Source: Octopus sinensis (taxonomy: Eukaryota). Taken from it: a DNA stretch of 64,000 nucleotides. Shown here piece by piece: positions 14,892 through 27,955 of the stretch. The notes below the pieces were generated by a model that was not told where the DNA came from, did no database searches, and worked only from the letters and a program-made list of their open reading frames with translations. The stretch is taken from positions 51,212,001 through 51,276,000 of the forward strand of contig NC_043012.1 in assembly GCF_006345805.1 (NCBI RefSeq), read 5' to 3'. The position numbers and the translations under genes are program-made. The number at the start of each line of letters is the position of its first letter. The stretch's first letter is position 1.

Positions 14892-15236
14892 GTTTATGTG
14901 TGTGTGTTTGAAATAATAATTATTATTATTATAAAGGGTAAAATCAATAATAATTTTACCACGTACCCAGTGCGGAAATAAAAACCTTACAGGTAAATTT
15001 TACAAAATATTTTATAATTTTATACATAATTATAACAAGGGATCAAAGTTATGCCTCAATACTCACTGCTAGAATTAGACGTTAACTCCCGTATTACCAC
15101 CGTAAAATCTCGGAGAATAACGCCCTGTATTGTAGGCAAGCAAACGAAAAAGGAAAAAGGTGGTAATAGGGGCGTTAACGTCTATGTCTAGCAATGCGTG
15201 GTGAGGCATAAAGCTGATTCCTTGTCATAATTATGC

Positions 15237-15275
<39 letters not shown>

Positions 15276-15299
15276 TGGAATAAAAATGCAGTACAGGGC

Positions 15300-15596
15300 A
15301 ATGAAACATCCGGACAGATAAATGACACAAAGGCAGACAAGAAAAACAAATAGAAGGACAGACAAAAGAAAAGAAGAATATGACGACAGCTTTCGACTTA
15401 CTCCGATTAATGCATACTCTCGCTATCTCACTCAAACCGCTACTATTTATAGTCGTTCGGTCAGTCTATTCTCACAGGGGGTGTCGTGACTCTCGCCACA
15501 ACATATCCCCTTTTGAGATTCCGACTTTCGTATGTAACAGAATTTATTTTATTCTAATTTAATTGTTGTTTCCAACACCACTCCCTTTTTGAGAAT
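15300..15596 (-). mobile_element. Inverted Gypsy 3' end (double PPT-like block + LTR start), homologous to 17580-17794
   Basis: Reverse complement of 15383-15596 aligns by eye with 17580-17794 (CAAAAAGGGAGTGGTGTTGG...GAGAGTCACGACACC...GAGAATAGACTGACCGA...TAAATAGTAGCGGTTTGAGTGAGAT). Beyond that the two diverge. Confidence 0.85.
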
Positions 15597-16074
15597 TCAG
15601 TTAAGACCCAGAGGAGGGTATAACGTTTGCAGTGTACTTTAGAAACTACAAAGAAATCTTCAGGGAAGATTGCAAGCCATGGATTTATATTTCGTAAATT
15701 AGTGCCTGCTGAACATACAACCCCCCCCCCACACACACACACACTTACTAAACATAGACACACATAGGGGTATACGCATGTGCAAATAAAGATACATGCG
15801 ATAGAAATACAAAATGGCTGATCATTAGTAAGGAAAGGCACACAAATAAGAAAGTAGAAAGCAACGAACAAGTGAAGAAGTCTCAGAAGTGTAACAAAAG
15901 AACTCTGGCTAAAATACGATTCATGTAAAATAAAGCTGAAACAAATTAACTTCAAATATATAGTGCGTGTGTTTTTATTGACTAAACTGGCAACATGACA
16001 GTCCCCAAATACAAAAGTATCTGTTTCAACACATGATTTCACATCAAAAATCTTGCAAAACGAATATATAAACG

Positions 16075-16106
<32 letters not shown>

Positions 16107-17906
16107 GAGAAGCAAAGCAGCTAGTTATAAAATTTCAAGAGATAGAGCAGTAACGTAAACAGTAACACAAGTCGTCACACCGAAGTGGCAGTTGAATGTT
16201 CTTACTAGTTTAACCCCAGGCAGGCTTTCCGCCCGCTGGTTAACTGTGTAATTTTCTGCAACATTTCTATACAATATATGGCTAGGAGGAGGACGAAACC
16301 CTACTACCGATTTGCTATTTTGCTTGTTGCAAATCAGTGACCGATGAGCACTTTGTTTACAATATATCGCTAGCAGAATCGAATCCTACATATCAGATAA
16401 AGTTTTTGCGTTAAAAACGCAACCAATCTTTTCGTACGACTGGATGGAGTTGTTTGGCTCATGGGACCTCACTGCAAGTCTGTACTGTAAAAAAGTAAAT
16501 AGTCGTCTCACCAGTATAAATAACTCATCAGCTAAATTGAAGAAAAAAATAATAAAACATTACGTGTAACGTCATTCGATAGCTACCAGTGACTGTGCAA
16601 GATATAAAAAGGAAATCAGCGGATAGCAAATACATCATAAAATTGAAGGAAACCTTGAAAATTAAACAGAAGTGGAACACGGATGGGAACCATTTTTCAA
16701 TCTGAGACGATGTATTAGTGTGTGCGCAAATGGTGGTAGTACGAACTGCACTAAAGAAAGGCGTATTATCTTAATTTCATTGTGGATACCCGTGGATGTC
16801 AAGAATCAAAGTCTTCATAAATAAGGAATCACATTGTTTGGCCAACAATGGACCGAAACTTTGAAAATTTGGAGAAATCAAGTAGAAGTTTTGTGCTAGC
16901 AGACAAGACACCTCCGGTGAAATATATATTGTGTCCTTAGACGGATAGTCCGTGGTCCATGGTACATATAGATTATACTGGACCGGTGAATGGCGCTTAC
17001 ATTGATAATTCTGGGCTAGGAGAACGATTTGTAGACACTTTTAAGTGAGCGCTAAAAAGCAGCTAGGAACGTGTTAGGAATTGAGGGAGTGCTAACTTAA
17101 TTCTTAAGGGTTTACGGAATAATGCCCAATCCGAATACAAGTTGAAGCACGTCACCTGCAGAGATAACGTTCGTTCGGAAAATAAAATCTATCTTCGACA
17201 AATAGTTGCTAAAAATAAGCGTATAGAAAAAAATTAAAATTATTAACAAAACATTTTGATGTGGGAGACAAAGTCCATTTCAAAATATACGAGAAGGCTA
17301 AAGAAGGTTGGGAGGACGGTATGATGATGAAACGATTTGGAATCATGATGTGTTTCATAAAAGGCTAACGATGGGAGCATAAATGACGCCTAAATCAATT
17401 AAAAACTAGATATAGGGAAGAAAGGAATTAAATTTCAACGGAAGTATTTTACGGCATGTTCAATGTGCCAGCGCCAAAAGTGATGGAGCTTAAAAGGGGC
17501 AGTATCAGAAAACGTAAACTGGATGAACATTAAGAAATAATTCCTAAAAGGAAAAGGTTTTGAACTCACTAGGGAATCAAAATTTCAAAAAGGGAGTGGT
17601 GTTGGAGAAAACAGTTAAATTAAAATAAAATAAATTTTGTTACATACGGAAGTCGGAATCTCAAAAAGGGATATGTTGGGGTGAGAGTCACGACACCCTC
17701 TGTGAGAATAGACTGACCGATCGACCATAAATAGTAGCGGTTTGAGTGAGATTGCGAGAGTAAGTGTTAATCGCAGGAAGTCAAAAGCTGTCGTGTTGGT
17801 AATTTGTCGGTGTATAGTTTGTTGGTTCGTGTATAGTTCGTGGAGGGTTTTTTTCGATTCTTACGTTGTTGTTACGCTGCTGCATTATATATTTGTTGTT
17901 ACAACA
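15594..17906 (+). mobile_element. Heavily deleted Ty3/Gypsy LTR retrotransposon remnant (gag, protease end, integrase, PPT, 3' LTR)
   Basis: gag-like EFS*DPEEGITFAVYFRNYKEIFREDCKPW (15594-15690). Protease-end TNLF(G)TDWMELF (~16410-16450). Integrase zinc-finger/core FHCGYPWMSRIK, PWSMVHIDYTGPVNG, ERFVDTFK, and C-terminal FDVGDKVHF...LNQLKTRY (16580-17420). PPT AAAAAGGGA then TGTTG (17674)...ACAACA (17906). No RT/RNase H seen. Confidence 0.85.
15835..16075 (+). repeat. Unclassified interspersed repeat inserted in the Gypsy remnant
   Basis: CACAAATAAGAAAG...AAAGAACTCTGGC...CAAATATATAGTGCG...TAAACTGGCAA...AAAAATCTTGCA...ATATATAAACGTATATA is homologous to 46391-46610 and to the reverse complement of 46179-46375. 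Confidence 0.8.
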
Positions 17907-18640
17907 CGATTACAGTGTAAAAAATATCGTCATAAATAGTAGCGAAACTACAATATATGGCGACGAGTAACTAGGTTACAATAATTAAAATGCTTCATGC
18001 AACAGCATTTACATAAATTTTCATATGGTATGTACTTTGCACTATATGAACTACAGTCGATAACAGAGATCAACTGTCAGTATAGTTATGAGAAATATTT
18101 ATTGTTGTAATTTTTATTGTCATATATGTAGATCCATCTCCTCTTTTAATATGTTTGGTAAATTGATCTCGTTATTTCTATCAACAGTTTACGCATACGT
18201 TACTCCATTTCGGGTACACGAGATCTAAAATCTTTCAAGTATTTATATAAAAATAACGAGAATTCGGTAAGCAGCCATATATTTATGAAGCTGAATAAAT
18301 TACGTAATTTTTTCTTGGCATTTCAATAGAAAGCAGTTTGTTAAATATTATAAGTAATGTAAATTTATTTATATTGATAAGTATATGGTAACTTTTAAGT
18401 GTGATACGAAGCGATTCATGCAGTATTTCTAGCTGATATTATTGTATTGCTGATGGTATTACCTCCGCCGCCGCCGCTAATGCTGCTGCTACGGGCGTTG
18501 ATGATGAAGATGATGCTGATGTGGGACATGAAGTGGTTGTGTTTGGTAGATGGAGTAAGCTAAATGAATATACATCATACAGCATTCCATTAGTTTGTTA
18601 GTAGTCTCATTAGACTGCAATAATACAAGAGCGGAATCTA

Positions 18641-18802
18641 TTCTTTGCTACTCTAGGTACAAGGCCCGAAAATTTGGGGGAGGGGGTACTTAATTCACCG
18701 ACCCTGAAAGGATGAAAGGCGAAGTCGACCTCGGTGGAATTTGAACTCAGAACGCAAAGAGAAACGAAATACTGCTAAGCATTTCTGACAGCTCGCTGCC
18801 TT
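18641..18802 (-). mobile_element. SINE family 1, shortened, with 15-bp TSD
   Basis: Family motifs GGATGAAAGGCGAAGTCGACCTCGGTGGAATTTGAACTCAGAAC. Flanked by CAAGAGCGGAATCTA (18626-18640) and CAAGAGCGGAACCTA (18803-18817). Confidence 0.9.
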
Positions 18803-19314
18803 CAAGAGCGGAACCTACTATGGTTTTTGTTGATCATAGAGCTCTTAGAACTTATTTTCGTATGGTATGTCAAATATAAATCTGTTTGAATGAAACCACA
18901 GATCTATTAGTGGGATATATACATCATAAGAAAGAGCAGCACAAGTAATTATATCGGCTTGAAAATAAAATACATACCCCTCACGCACACATATATACAA
19001 ATCTGCAAACATAAATGCACAGTCACATAGACATAGACAAACGCATATAAACACACACATAGAGAGAGACATACTGACAAAGAAAAAGAGAGAGATTCTA
19101 TTCAAAATATAAAACCAGTTCACGTATCTTACAAAGACTTTTAAAAAGACAAAAATGTTTTGAGTAATTATCATCATATCACCTTTATTAATAAAAAGTA
19201 ACATACATTATAGTGGACTATTTTAACGATATAGTCATGTCTTCGCCAATAATTGGGATTTTTATTCTCAAGTTGGCCTAGAAAACAATGCGCTTAACAA
19301 AGTTTACTTATCTC

Positions 19315-19428
19315 GTGATGATGATGATCATGATGACGACAGCGATTATGATGATCATGATGATGATGAGGATGATGATGGTGGTGGTGGTGGTGGTGGT
19401 GGTAGTGGTGGTGATGATGATGGTGATG

Positions 19429-19470
<42 letters not shown>

Positions 19471-19526
19471 GTGATGGTGATGGTGATGATGATGATGGTG
19501 ATGATGATGATGATGATGATGATGAT
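19315..19526. repeat. (GAT)n/(GGT)n trinucleotide array
   Basis: Visible array; source of poly-Met/poly-His ORFs. Confidence 0.95.
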
Positions 19527-20515
19527 GTACAAGTATGTACGGAAGAAAATGAAAAATCAGATGTAACGACGATATAGGCGAAGGGGTGAGGACAATGAAA
19601 ACGTTGTGTTGGACGGTAAAATCGAAATGCAAGCGGATTCGTCTACTCTGCAATGATATATAACAAGACCAATAAAATTATTTGGGAAGTGATTAATTAT
19701 GTGATTAATGTCTGTAATTTCTCCCTATCCCTAACTCAATAAAATTTGGAACATGGTAGTAGTAGTAGTAGTAGTAGTAGTAGTAACAGGCACCAGAAAT
19801 GTGTCTTTATCAAGAATTATAGTTAGGCGAAATCAGCTTTTAAGAATATCCCAATGCATGTTTTATTTATTTTTTCCTAGAACATAGAAATCCCATTAGA
19901 TTTTCTGACTACATTACACTCGAGATTTTGAATTTTGTTTGATTTAGCTTTCTTCATTAATTATAATTAATTTAACAATAAAATAAACAGAAAAATGATT
20001 TTAGCTACGATAACATTAAAGACAGCAGAACTGGGCACTATCTAATGTATAAAATATGATTTAAAATTTTAAAATTATGTTTCTTACAATTGTAAAGTGA
20101 CAGTACAACATAATATGCTTCTATCTGATAGAGTTTGCAGTAAATCTATTTTATGTCTTTGCTGCCAATTTAGAGATAAGATGATTAAGTTGGAGACTAT
20201 GCTGAGTATTCTAGTATTTTTCTTTATCGGTTTTATCTGTGTGATGTAAAAGTTTCATTTCGTAATCCATTATGATCATAAATCTAGTCATCAGCGAATT
20301 ATATTCGAATAGTCGACAACTACGACACCTAGCGCTGCATTCGAAGCAAACGTATAAATTTATATAAACAGATATTAAGATATTATATATGTAAAATAGC
20401 AATGCTGCCATAAAATTATTTCCAAAACTTCTTTCCACAAGGACCTCATGTTACTTGCACTATATATATATAAAATCACCGTAACTGAATAGGTACAAAT
20501 TTGCAATAAATATAT

Positions 20516-20750
20516 ATTTCTTTACTACCCACAAGGGGCTACACACAGAGGGGACAAACAAGGACAGACAAACGGATTAAGTCGATTATATCGACCTCAA
20601 TGCGCAACTGGTACTTAATTTATCGACACCGAGAGGATGAAAGGCTAAGTCGACCTCGGCGGAATTTGAACCCAGGACATAGCGGCAGACGAAATACGGC
20701 TACGCATTTCGCCCGGCGTGCTAACGATTCTACCAGCTCGCCGCCTTTAT
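20516..20750 (-). mobile_element. Near-intact tRNA-derived SINE, family 1, with 17-bp TSD
   Basis: Minus strand begins GGCGGCGAGCTGGTAGAATCG (A-box-like) with GGGTTCAAATTCC (B box). Flanked by ATTTGCAATAAATATAT (20499-20515) and ATTTGTAATAAATATAT (20751-20767). Confidence 0.92.
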
Positions 20751-21471
20751 ATTTGTAATAAATATATGTTTATTCTCAGGTTTGGCTTAATATTTTCATC
20801 TTCCAAATAGGGATGTGAGTTCACTTATGCCTCTACAACTAGACATATGCTGAGAGGATATTTGCAATTCTATGTGGATAAGGAACAGTTTAGTGAAATT
20901 CTGATCAACGAATTCACTCGCTTATGAAATTAACGTGCAAGTTGCAGACCACTCCGCAAGCACAAAGCGTCGAGTTAGAATAAATTAATTATTGGTAGAA
21001 TTTGCGACGATACTGCTACTGCACAAACAGATACCTTATAGCGCATCAGTGAAAAAGCTCACTCGACTGTGTGTTTCACACAAACACACACTTAATATTA
21101 ACACTGCTGATACCCTGTCTTCAATATTTCCCATTTTAAAACTGTAACTAAAATGGTACCTGTGTCACGCTCAGCTATTCCCGACTCACGTGTCTCTCCT
21201 GAATTTGTAACCCATATTATAGCTACCCAACTTACCCCAACCCACCGCTAGCTAACATACCAAATCCTTCCTTCACACAATATTTGCCACCTGAAATTCG
21301 CTATCTAAAACTGTTTATTTTTGTGACATCAAAGAGAAAGAGCTTAAGCGGAACATTTCGTAGTGGATAGCACCATTCTGAAAGCGTCTGCAACTTTCAC
21401 TATAAACTAGAAAACGAAACCTAAACAGGAAAGTACAATATGAATGGGTTGCGTATTAGTGGCTTTTCACA

Positions 21472-22611
21472 TACGCGAGTCGTCCGAAATGGCTAAGGGC
21501 TGACGAAGATACTCCCATAGAATATGACCAAATCAAATTTACTTTTCAGCATCGTCGTCCTTGCGGTCCATACGTTTTTCTTCCATCAAATTAGCAGTGC
21601 ATTGATCCCATTGGTGGAGAGTCATTCATCCAGTTGGTCAGAAAGGTCATCAAAAGCTGATATGACGTCATTGTCACAACGATACAAGTTCCCAGCCAAG
21701 TGTTATGTTCAGTAACAGATGATAGTCTGATGACGCGAAGTGAAAAGAATAGGAAGGTTGATCAACCAGTTCAAAGCCATTGTCTCGCACAGCATTCATT
21801 GAAACCAAGGTCTTGTATACTGGGACATTGGCAGTTTTCCTAAGCTTTTAATTTTTTAACTGCCTCACCATGTTGGCATTAGTCCTCAGCCTTATTGGTG
21901 TAGTTCATATGCATTTTTAAAGACTGTGCCCAAATTGAAAAGAATTTGCCCGTTTCAGAGTAGAAAAAGGTCTGTTTCCACTGCATGTTTTGTCTCAGCA
22001 TCACTGGCTCTCAGTGAAGAACCCAACACTTATCCTAGTTTAGAAAACGTTCGAGGAAACCAGCTGGATGAGCCTCAAACTATATCAGAATTTTCTGGGG
22101 TGATCAACTTGGTGCGCTTTTGACCAGATGTCAGAAAACATTGGCAACCAGCTTTGTCACGCCGAGATCATTGCGCATTATATTATCAACTCTCACACGG
22201 AATATACTAATAAAATTGGTTACTTGATTTAGAGTCAATCACCTGTCATTCATCACCATGTAGTGAATATGATGAATATTTTCCTCGGTGCTAGACGCAA
22301 GATGTCCAGATCTTAGGTCTTCTTCAAGACTTTTCCTTCCCTTCTTAACTTCAGCCATTCAATATTGAATCATTGATAAATCTGTAGCAACCATTTCAGC
22401 ATGAATGTCGTTGGGCTTTCAACCATAATGCTAAATTATACCCATTTTCAAGAGATGTTGCTACTAATTACATTTCACGTATTATTAAACAGTCAGATGT
22501 CAGTTGACTGGAAAGAAACAATGCAGTTGTTAAAAAGTAGAATGGAAGATTTCAAAGCTCAAGAATCAACTCTTTCTAAGAGCTTATGCATATTTTAGCC
22601 TATCCTCGTCG
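21472..22611 (-). mobile_element. Near full-length decayed mariner (DD34D) transposon
   Basis: Minus-strand translation with stops/frameshifts: GRKSLEEDLRSG, PAGFLERF, SMNAVRDNGFELVDQPSYSFHFASSDYHL, DNDVISAF, ending at a DRKDDDAEK*-type terminus. Degenerate TIR-like ends. Confidence 0.88.
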
Positions 22612-22760
22612 ATAAAAGAAAAAGCACTGCCACTAAATACTATTTCACAGAAACGGAGTTAATTCAGTGATTAACAGAATGAAGTAAATGTACATCTGAC
22701 ACGTTCTCATGGATATTTCCAGGTTTTGTCTCGAGTTATATCAAGCTGAAATATTTTCAT

Positions 22761-22864
<104 letters not shown>

Positions 22865-22876
22865 AAGGAATAAATA

Positions 22877-22912
<36 letters not shown>

Positions 22913-24111
22913 AAAACTGATAGATAGATATAGATAGATTAACTATGATTAGAAATTTTATTACATTCGTATTAAGTGCGAAAACACAGTTAAGTAAGTA
23001 TATACTTTGCATCTTATTGGTTAGTTTCAATATAAAATTAAAGTTTTTTTTATGTAAGGATGAAATACAAAAGCTCTGTAAATACCAGTGATATTGAATA
23101 TGCGAAAATTAACATTTCTCGACAGCATATTTGTGTTTGTCCGTGAATATAACGACATATGTAATGGGGTGCTTTTATGTATTCTCTAGAAAGCATAGTG
23201 TGACACAAAAACTCTATAAAGAAAGACAGATTTGAGCGTACTCTAGCATTATAGATTCGTTGTAAGATTGATAGATGCAGGCAGAAATATAAGTTTAGGC
23301 CGTGTTTATAAATAGATATTGACCTACCTTGAAAATGGACTTAAAATATGAAATGAGAAGTTGACGGGTGCTATATTTCAACAGATGTAGAGAAAGCTTT
23401 TTATGAAGCAGACATATATACATACATATTTATATGTATGTATATCTATACATCTATATGTATGTATATATATATATACACATATATATATATATGTATA
23501 TATATATAAGTATATACATATGTATATGTATATACATACATATATATTTATGTATGTATATGTATATATATATATATATATCAGCTTGTGTGCTTGAGTG
23601 TGCGAATATAGGAATATATGTATTCATTCACACATGTACATACACAAACATACGCACACACTTGTAAGTATGAATGCACACATACCTTCATATTCTAGCA
23701 TAAGATTGGGCGTACCGATGTATGTGTGTGTAGGTTTATCTTTTCATACCTGTCTGCGTTGCGTCTAGGTATATGCGTGTATATATAATATTTTAGACAG
23801 TTGAATTTGTTCGTTTATTCATTGATATCTATTTTCAGCCATACTTCCGATTGTGTGGGTTATCAGGTAATGGGTATAATATAAAACAAAAGAAAATTGC
23901 CAATGTCATGATATAATGATTGATCGAGTTATGAACATGGAATGTACAGTAGAAAAGGTTGACATAGTTCAGTGACTGCTATGGCAACAATAACCTAATA
24001 ATGTTGTCTCTCAACGTATGGTTTATAGACATGTAGGTTTATGCTTATATACCAATGCAAACATCACTCCATTACTTTGTTTTAAGAGTGATTTTCTCAT
24101 AAATACATACA

Positions 24112-24174
<63 letters not shown>

Positions 24175-24247
24175 ATATATATATATATAGATAGATAGAT
24201 AGATAGACAGACACAAACGCACTCGTACACACACAGACACACACACA

Positions 24248-24339
<92 letters not shown>

Positions 24340-24346
24340 GTATATA

Positions 24347-25539
24347 CAGGGTGCGGAAGGTATTTGTGTATACATGCATTTTTAGTCATTCTTTATTTGT
24401 CTTATTATTGAACTTCAAATTTCAGAAAAAAACAATGACCGGCCGTATGCTTGTTAATGAAAGGAAAAGGTATGTTGTGCTTGTGTTTTGAAGGCTAAGC
24501 ATGGTGATTTAGGGATTTTCCGTTCTCTGAAATTTGCAAGATCTTTTGTCCACAAGATTCGGTATGAGTTAGAGAAAGAAGAGGAAATCGTATTACCTAT
24601 ACCAAAACTGAAGAAAAAAAAATTCCAAACGCTCTCATTCTATTAGGACACATGAATTTATTCAGGAAGTTAAGCAAGTCATTGAGGATAATGCATGAAA
24701 ATCAATCAGGTCAGTTGGAAAAATAATTCGTATTGTTAAGAAACTTTCTGAAATATTGTGCATAAAGACGTTGGATACAAATTTTGCGTGGTGAGGAGAG
24801 GTCATTTCATATTAGAAAAAACAACAGAAAACCGTTTAATCAGATCCAAAAGATTTTTGAACAAATTTCAAAAATCTATCAGAAGATGGTGTGATTTGTT
24901 TTTCTTTTCTGTTTTTTGTTGTCAGTGGAAAAATATTTGACTAGAACCAGAAAACTAACAAGAAATAACAGTTCCAAGAATAGTCCACACAAAACTTCCA
25001 GCAAGTATAATGGTTTGGGTGTTGTTAGCAATGAAAGGTATGTGATGGTTCTTCACGTTTTCTTCACAAGGCCTTAGGATGAATGCTGCTTCTTATATTG
25101 AGGTTCTAGGTAAAGTTTTTAAGTCTTGGATAACCAGCGTATGGAATGGAAGACTTTATCTTATGTCTTTCAACAAAATTTTGCACCATCAAACAAGGCT
25201 CAAATTACACAAGAATGGATGGCCGACAATTTGCAAGATCACATCACAACCATCATTTGGACTCCTAATTTTCCAGAACTCAAACCACTGGACTACTATA
25301 TATGGAACACCCCATAACAGAAAAGATTCTTTCAAAGACGCCATAGTTCACGTCATGTCCGATAAGAACGATAACGAGGCAGTTATTGATGTTTATGGTG
25401 GTTTTATTGAATGATAGTATTAAATTGATAATTTAGTTTTATGTGTATGTTACTTTTATAAAAATACACTTTTTTTCTGTTATGATATTAGTGTGTTTTT
25501 AAAACCATAACTCTATCCTCAAATATCATGAGCACCATG
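24347..25539 (+). mobile_element. Decayed DD37D (maT/mori-type) Tc1/mariner transposon
   Basis: YVFQQ(N)FAPSNKAQITQEWMADNLQDHITTIIWTPNFPELKPLDYYIW gives 37 residues between the second (mutated) and third D. Also NAASYIEVL. TIR-like ends CAGGGTGCGGAAGGTATTTG vs rc CATGGTGCTCATGATATTTG. Confidence 0.85.
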
Positions 25540-25574
25540 AATATATACATACATATATATATATATACTTCATT

Positions 25575-25630
<56 letters not shown>

Positions 25631-25759
25631 TATTTATATGAATATACATATATATGTATATATACATGCACTTATCCCTATATATATATATATACATATA
25701 CTAGTAATATCAGTGATGTTATTAATTCAAATTAATTCAAGTAATATAATTAGAAATGA

Positions 25760-27955
25760 TAAAACAAAAAAAAAATTTTCCCGGAAAATGTTAGACATAT
25801 CTATGTCAATATTCGTTATAAGCTTGGTAAGAAGATATGCATTACCTTATTTAATTAAAATAAACTAATCCAAAATAAGCCTGGAAGGTTTGAAAGAAAC
25901 ATACTAAGGAGATTGTGAATGTGCTAATTCGGAATTTTGTTACAAAGAAATAGGACATGATTATACAAGAAATTTGGATATTATTAAGAATAATGAACTA
26001 AAGGAGATTATGAGTAAAGGGACAAACTATAGAAAACAAGGTAAGATTAGTAAATATAATTTAAAGAAAGTTATATTACAAGCCATTGTGGAGGCGCAAT
26101 GGCCCAGTAGTTAGGGCAGCGTACTCGCGGTCATAGGATCGCGGTTTCGATTCCCAGACCGGGCGTTGTGAGTGTTTATTGAGCGAAAACACCTAAAAGC
26201 TCCACGAGGCTCCGGCAGGGATGGTGGTGATCCCTGCTGTACTCTTTCACCACAACTTTCTCTCACTCTTACTTCCTGTTTCTGTTGTACCTGTATTTCA
26301 AAGGGCCGTGTGTCACGCTGAATATCCCCGAGAACTACGTTAAGGGTGCACGTGTCTGTGGAGTGCTCAGCCACTTACACGTTAATTTCACGAGCAGGCT
26401 GTTCCGTTGATTCGGACCAACCGGAACCCTCATCGTCGTAACCGACGGAGTGCTTCCATCCACAAGCCATTAATGAGTTCATAGTTAATGTAAGTCTCAA
26501 ATATATGTTTAACATGGAGCAGTTTAATAGCTGAGTTAGCAAATTAACTTGTATTGTAGTTAAACAAGTAGTTTAAATATTTAAATATAATATAGTTAAA
26601 CATTTAAAGAAATATAAGTTGATAGGAAACGATTCAGTCCTGAATAAACCGCTATTTAAATAATTCATAGATAAATTACATAAAAAGTTTGTAATAGTAC
26701 CAGCAGATAAAGCAGCAGGGAATCTTGTAGCAATTTGTATGATAGTTATAGGTAATTTGTATGATGGTATAGGTAAAGAGTTAGGAGTGAATAAAAAATT
26801 TAAGTTTATAGGTAATAACACATACAAAGTTATACCTGAAAACGTTAATGGGTTCGTTAATAGACTTATACCCACAGTAAAATGATTGAGTAGTTTAGAA
26901 GTAGAAGTGTATAAAATATTCCTAACCTTTTTTGAATTGTTAAATACATAATGTCCCTTTTAAACTTATTCATAGAATGAGCTTGTTATTGTACAAATAA
27001 ACAGCTATGTTGATTAATGATGCTTTAAAATATGTTACAACATATTTTTTATATATTGAGACAAAATTTATAACAGTTCAGGTATTAAATATTTTTGGAC
27101 TTTTATAGTATGTATGTGTATGATTTTTCATCGCTATATACTAACCTAAATCTAAAATGTGTAGGGGATGGTAATTGTAGAATATTAGATATTATTGTTA
27201 ATACAGGATATAAATGTATATCTTTAAAAAATGGTAACGGTTTCTTATCTAATTGTTGTTATAAGGGCTATACTAAATTAAGTAAAAGAAAATTAGAAGA
27301 AATGGTTAGTTTTATTATTAATAATTCGTTTGTAATGTTTGTAATGTGTTGAGCAGTGTAGGAGTCCAATTGGTAAAAATTGTTGCCCCATATTAGCGGA
27401 CCTTTATCTTTCTCCATGCGAGTTCCATTTTCTTAAAGACTTATGTGCTAGGAGAAAAGATGGATTTGCTGCAACAACTTGATGGATGCTGCAGATACAT
27501 ATATGATATATTTATACTTAATTATGGTTTCCTTGAATTTTTACTCAGAAAAATACACCTTAGTGAGCTTATAATCTACAGAAATGTTAACAAGATAAAA
27601 TATATCAATTATTTAGATGTCAATCTAGTAATTAAGAATAATAATGAAGTACGTAATGACATTGATAATAAAACAGAAAATTTTGGTTTCCAAGTGGATT
27701 CAAAGCCATGGGTCAGTGGTGTAATTCCTTCTTTTGTTGGCTATTGTGTTTTTGCTGGGCAAATTATTAGATATAGTACTATTATTAATAATGCTAATCA
27801 ATTTTCGGAAACAATGAATAAACAGACATTTAGTTAAACAAGGGTATAAATATAGAAGATTGGATAACACTTTTAATCGCTGTTTAAGTGGGAAACTTGA
27901 AACTTTAAGTAAATGTGGAGTAATATCTAGTTTTCAATTTAGCAAGTATTTGTAA
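25760..27955 (+). mobile_element. Decayed Penelope-like retroelement (PLE) ORF, RT at the C-terminus
   Basis: CECANSEF...GH...KGTNYR (25914-26034), LHKKFVIVPADKAAGN (~26680-26720), YDFSSLYTNL (~27119), G(V)PIGKNCCPILADLYL (~27361-27410), RYIYD (27493), YLDV, GQIIRY, stop at 27953-27955. Confidence 0.85.
26088..26461 (+). mobile_element. tRNA-derived SINE, family 2, inserted into the PLE ORF with 10-bp TSD
   Basis: Head TGGCCCAGTAGTTAGG (A box) and GGTTTCGATTCCC (B box). ACAAGCCATT at 26078-26087 and 26462-26471. Removal restores the PLE reading LQAI/NEFIV. Confidence 0.93.

Noticed and set aside
19288-19653. Poly-His / poly-Met ORFs suggestive of a metal-binding protein
   Set aside because: Entirely explained by the (GAT)n/(GGT)n array; all overlapping frames are homopolymeric.
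21725-21750. CTGATGA...GAAA hammerhead-like string
   Set aside because: It is the reverse complement of the mariner SSDY coding motif and has no stem II.
26094-26170. tRNA gene candidates (also 61167-61240, 59570-59635, 63912-63980)
   Set aside because: A/B boxes are present but they run into SINE bodies or tails and lack complete acceptor stems; called SINE heads.
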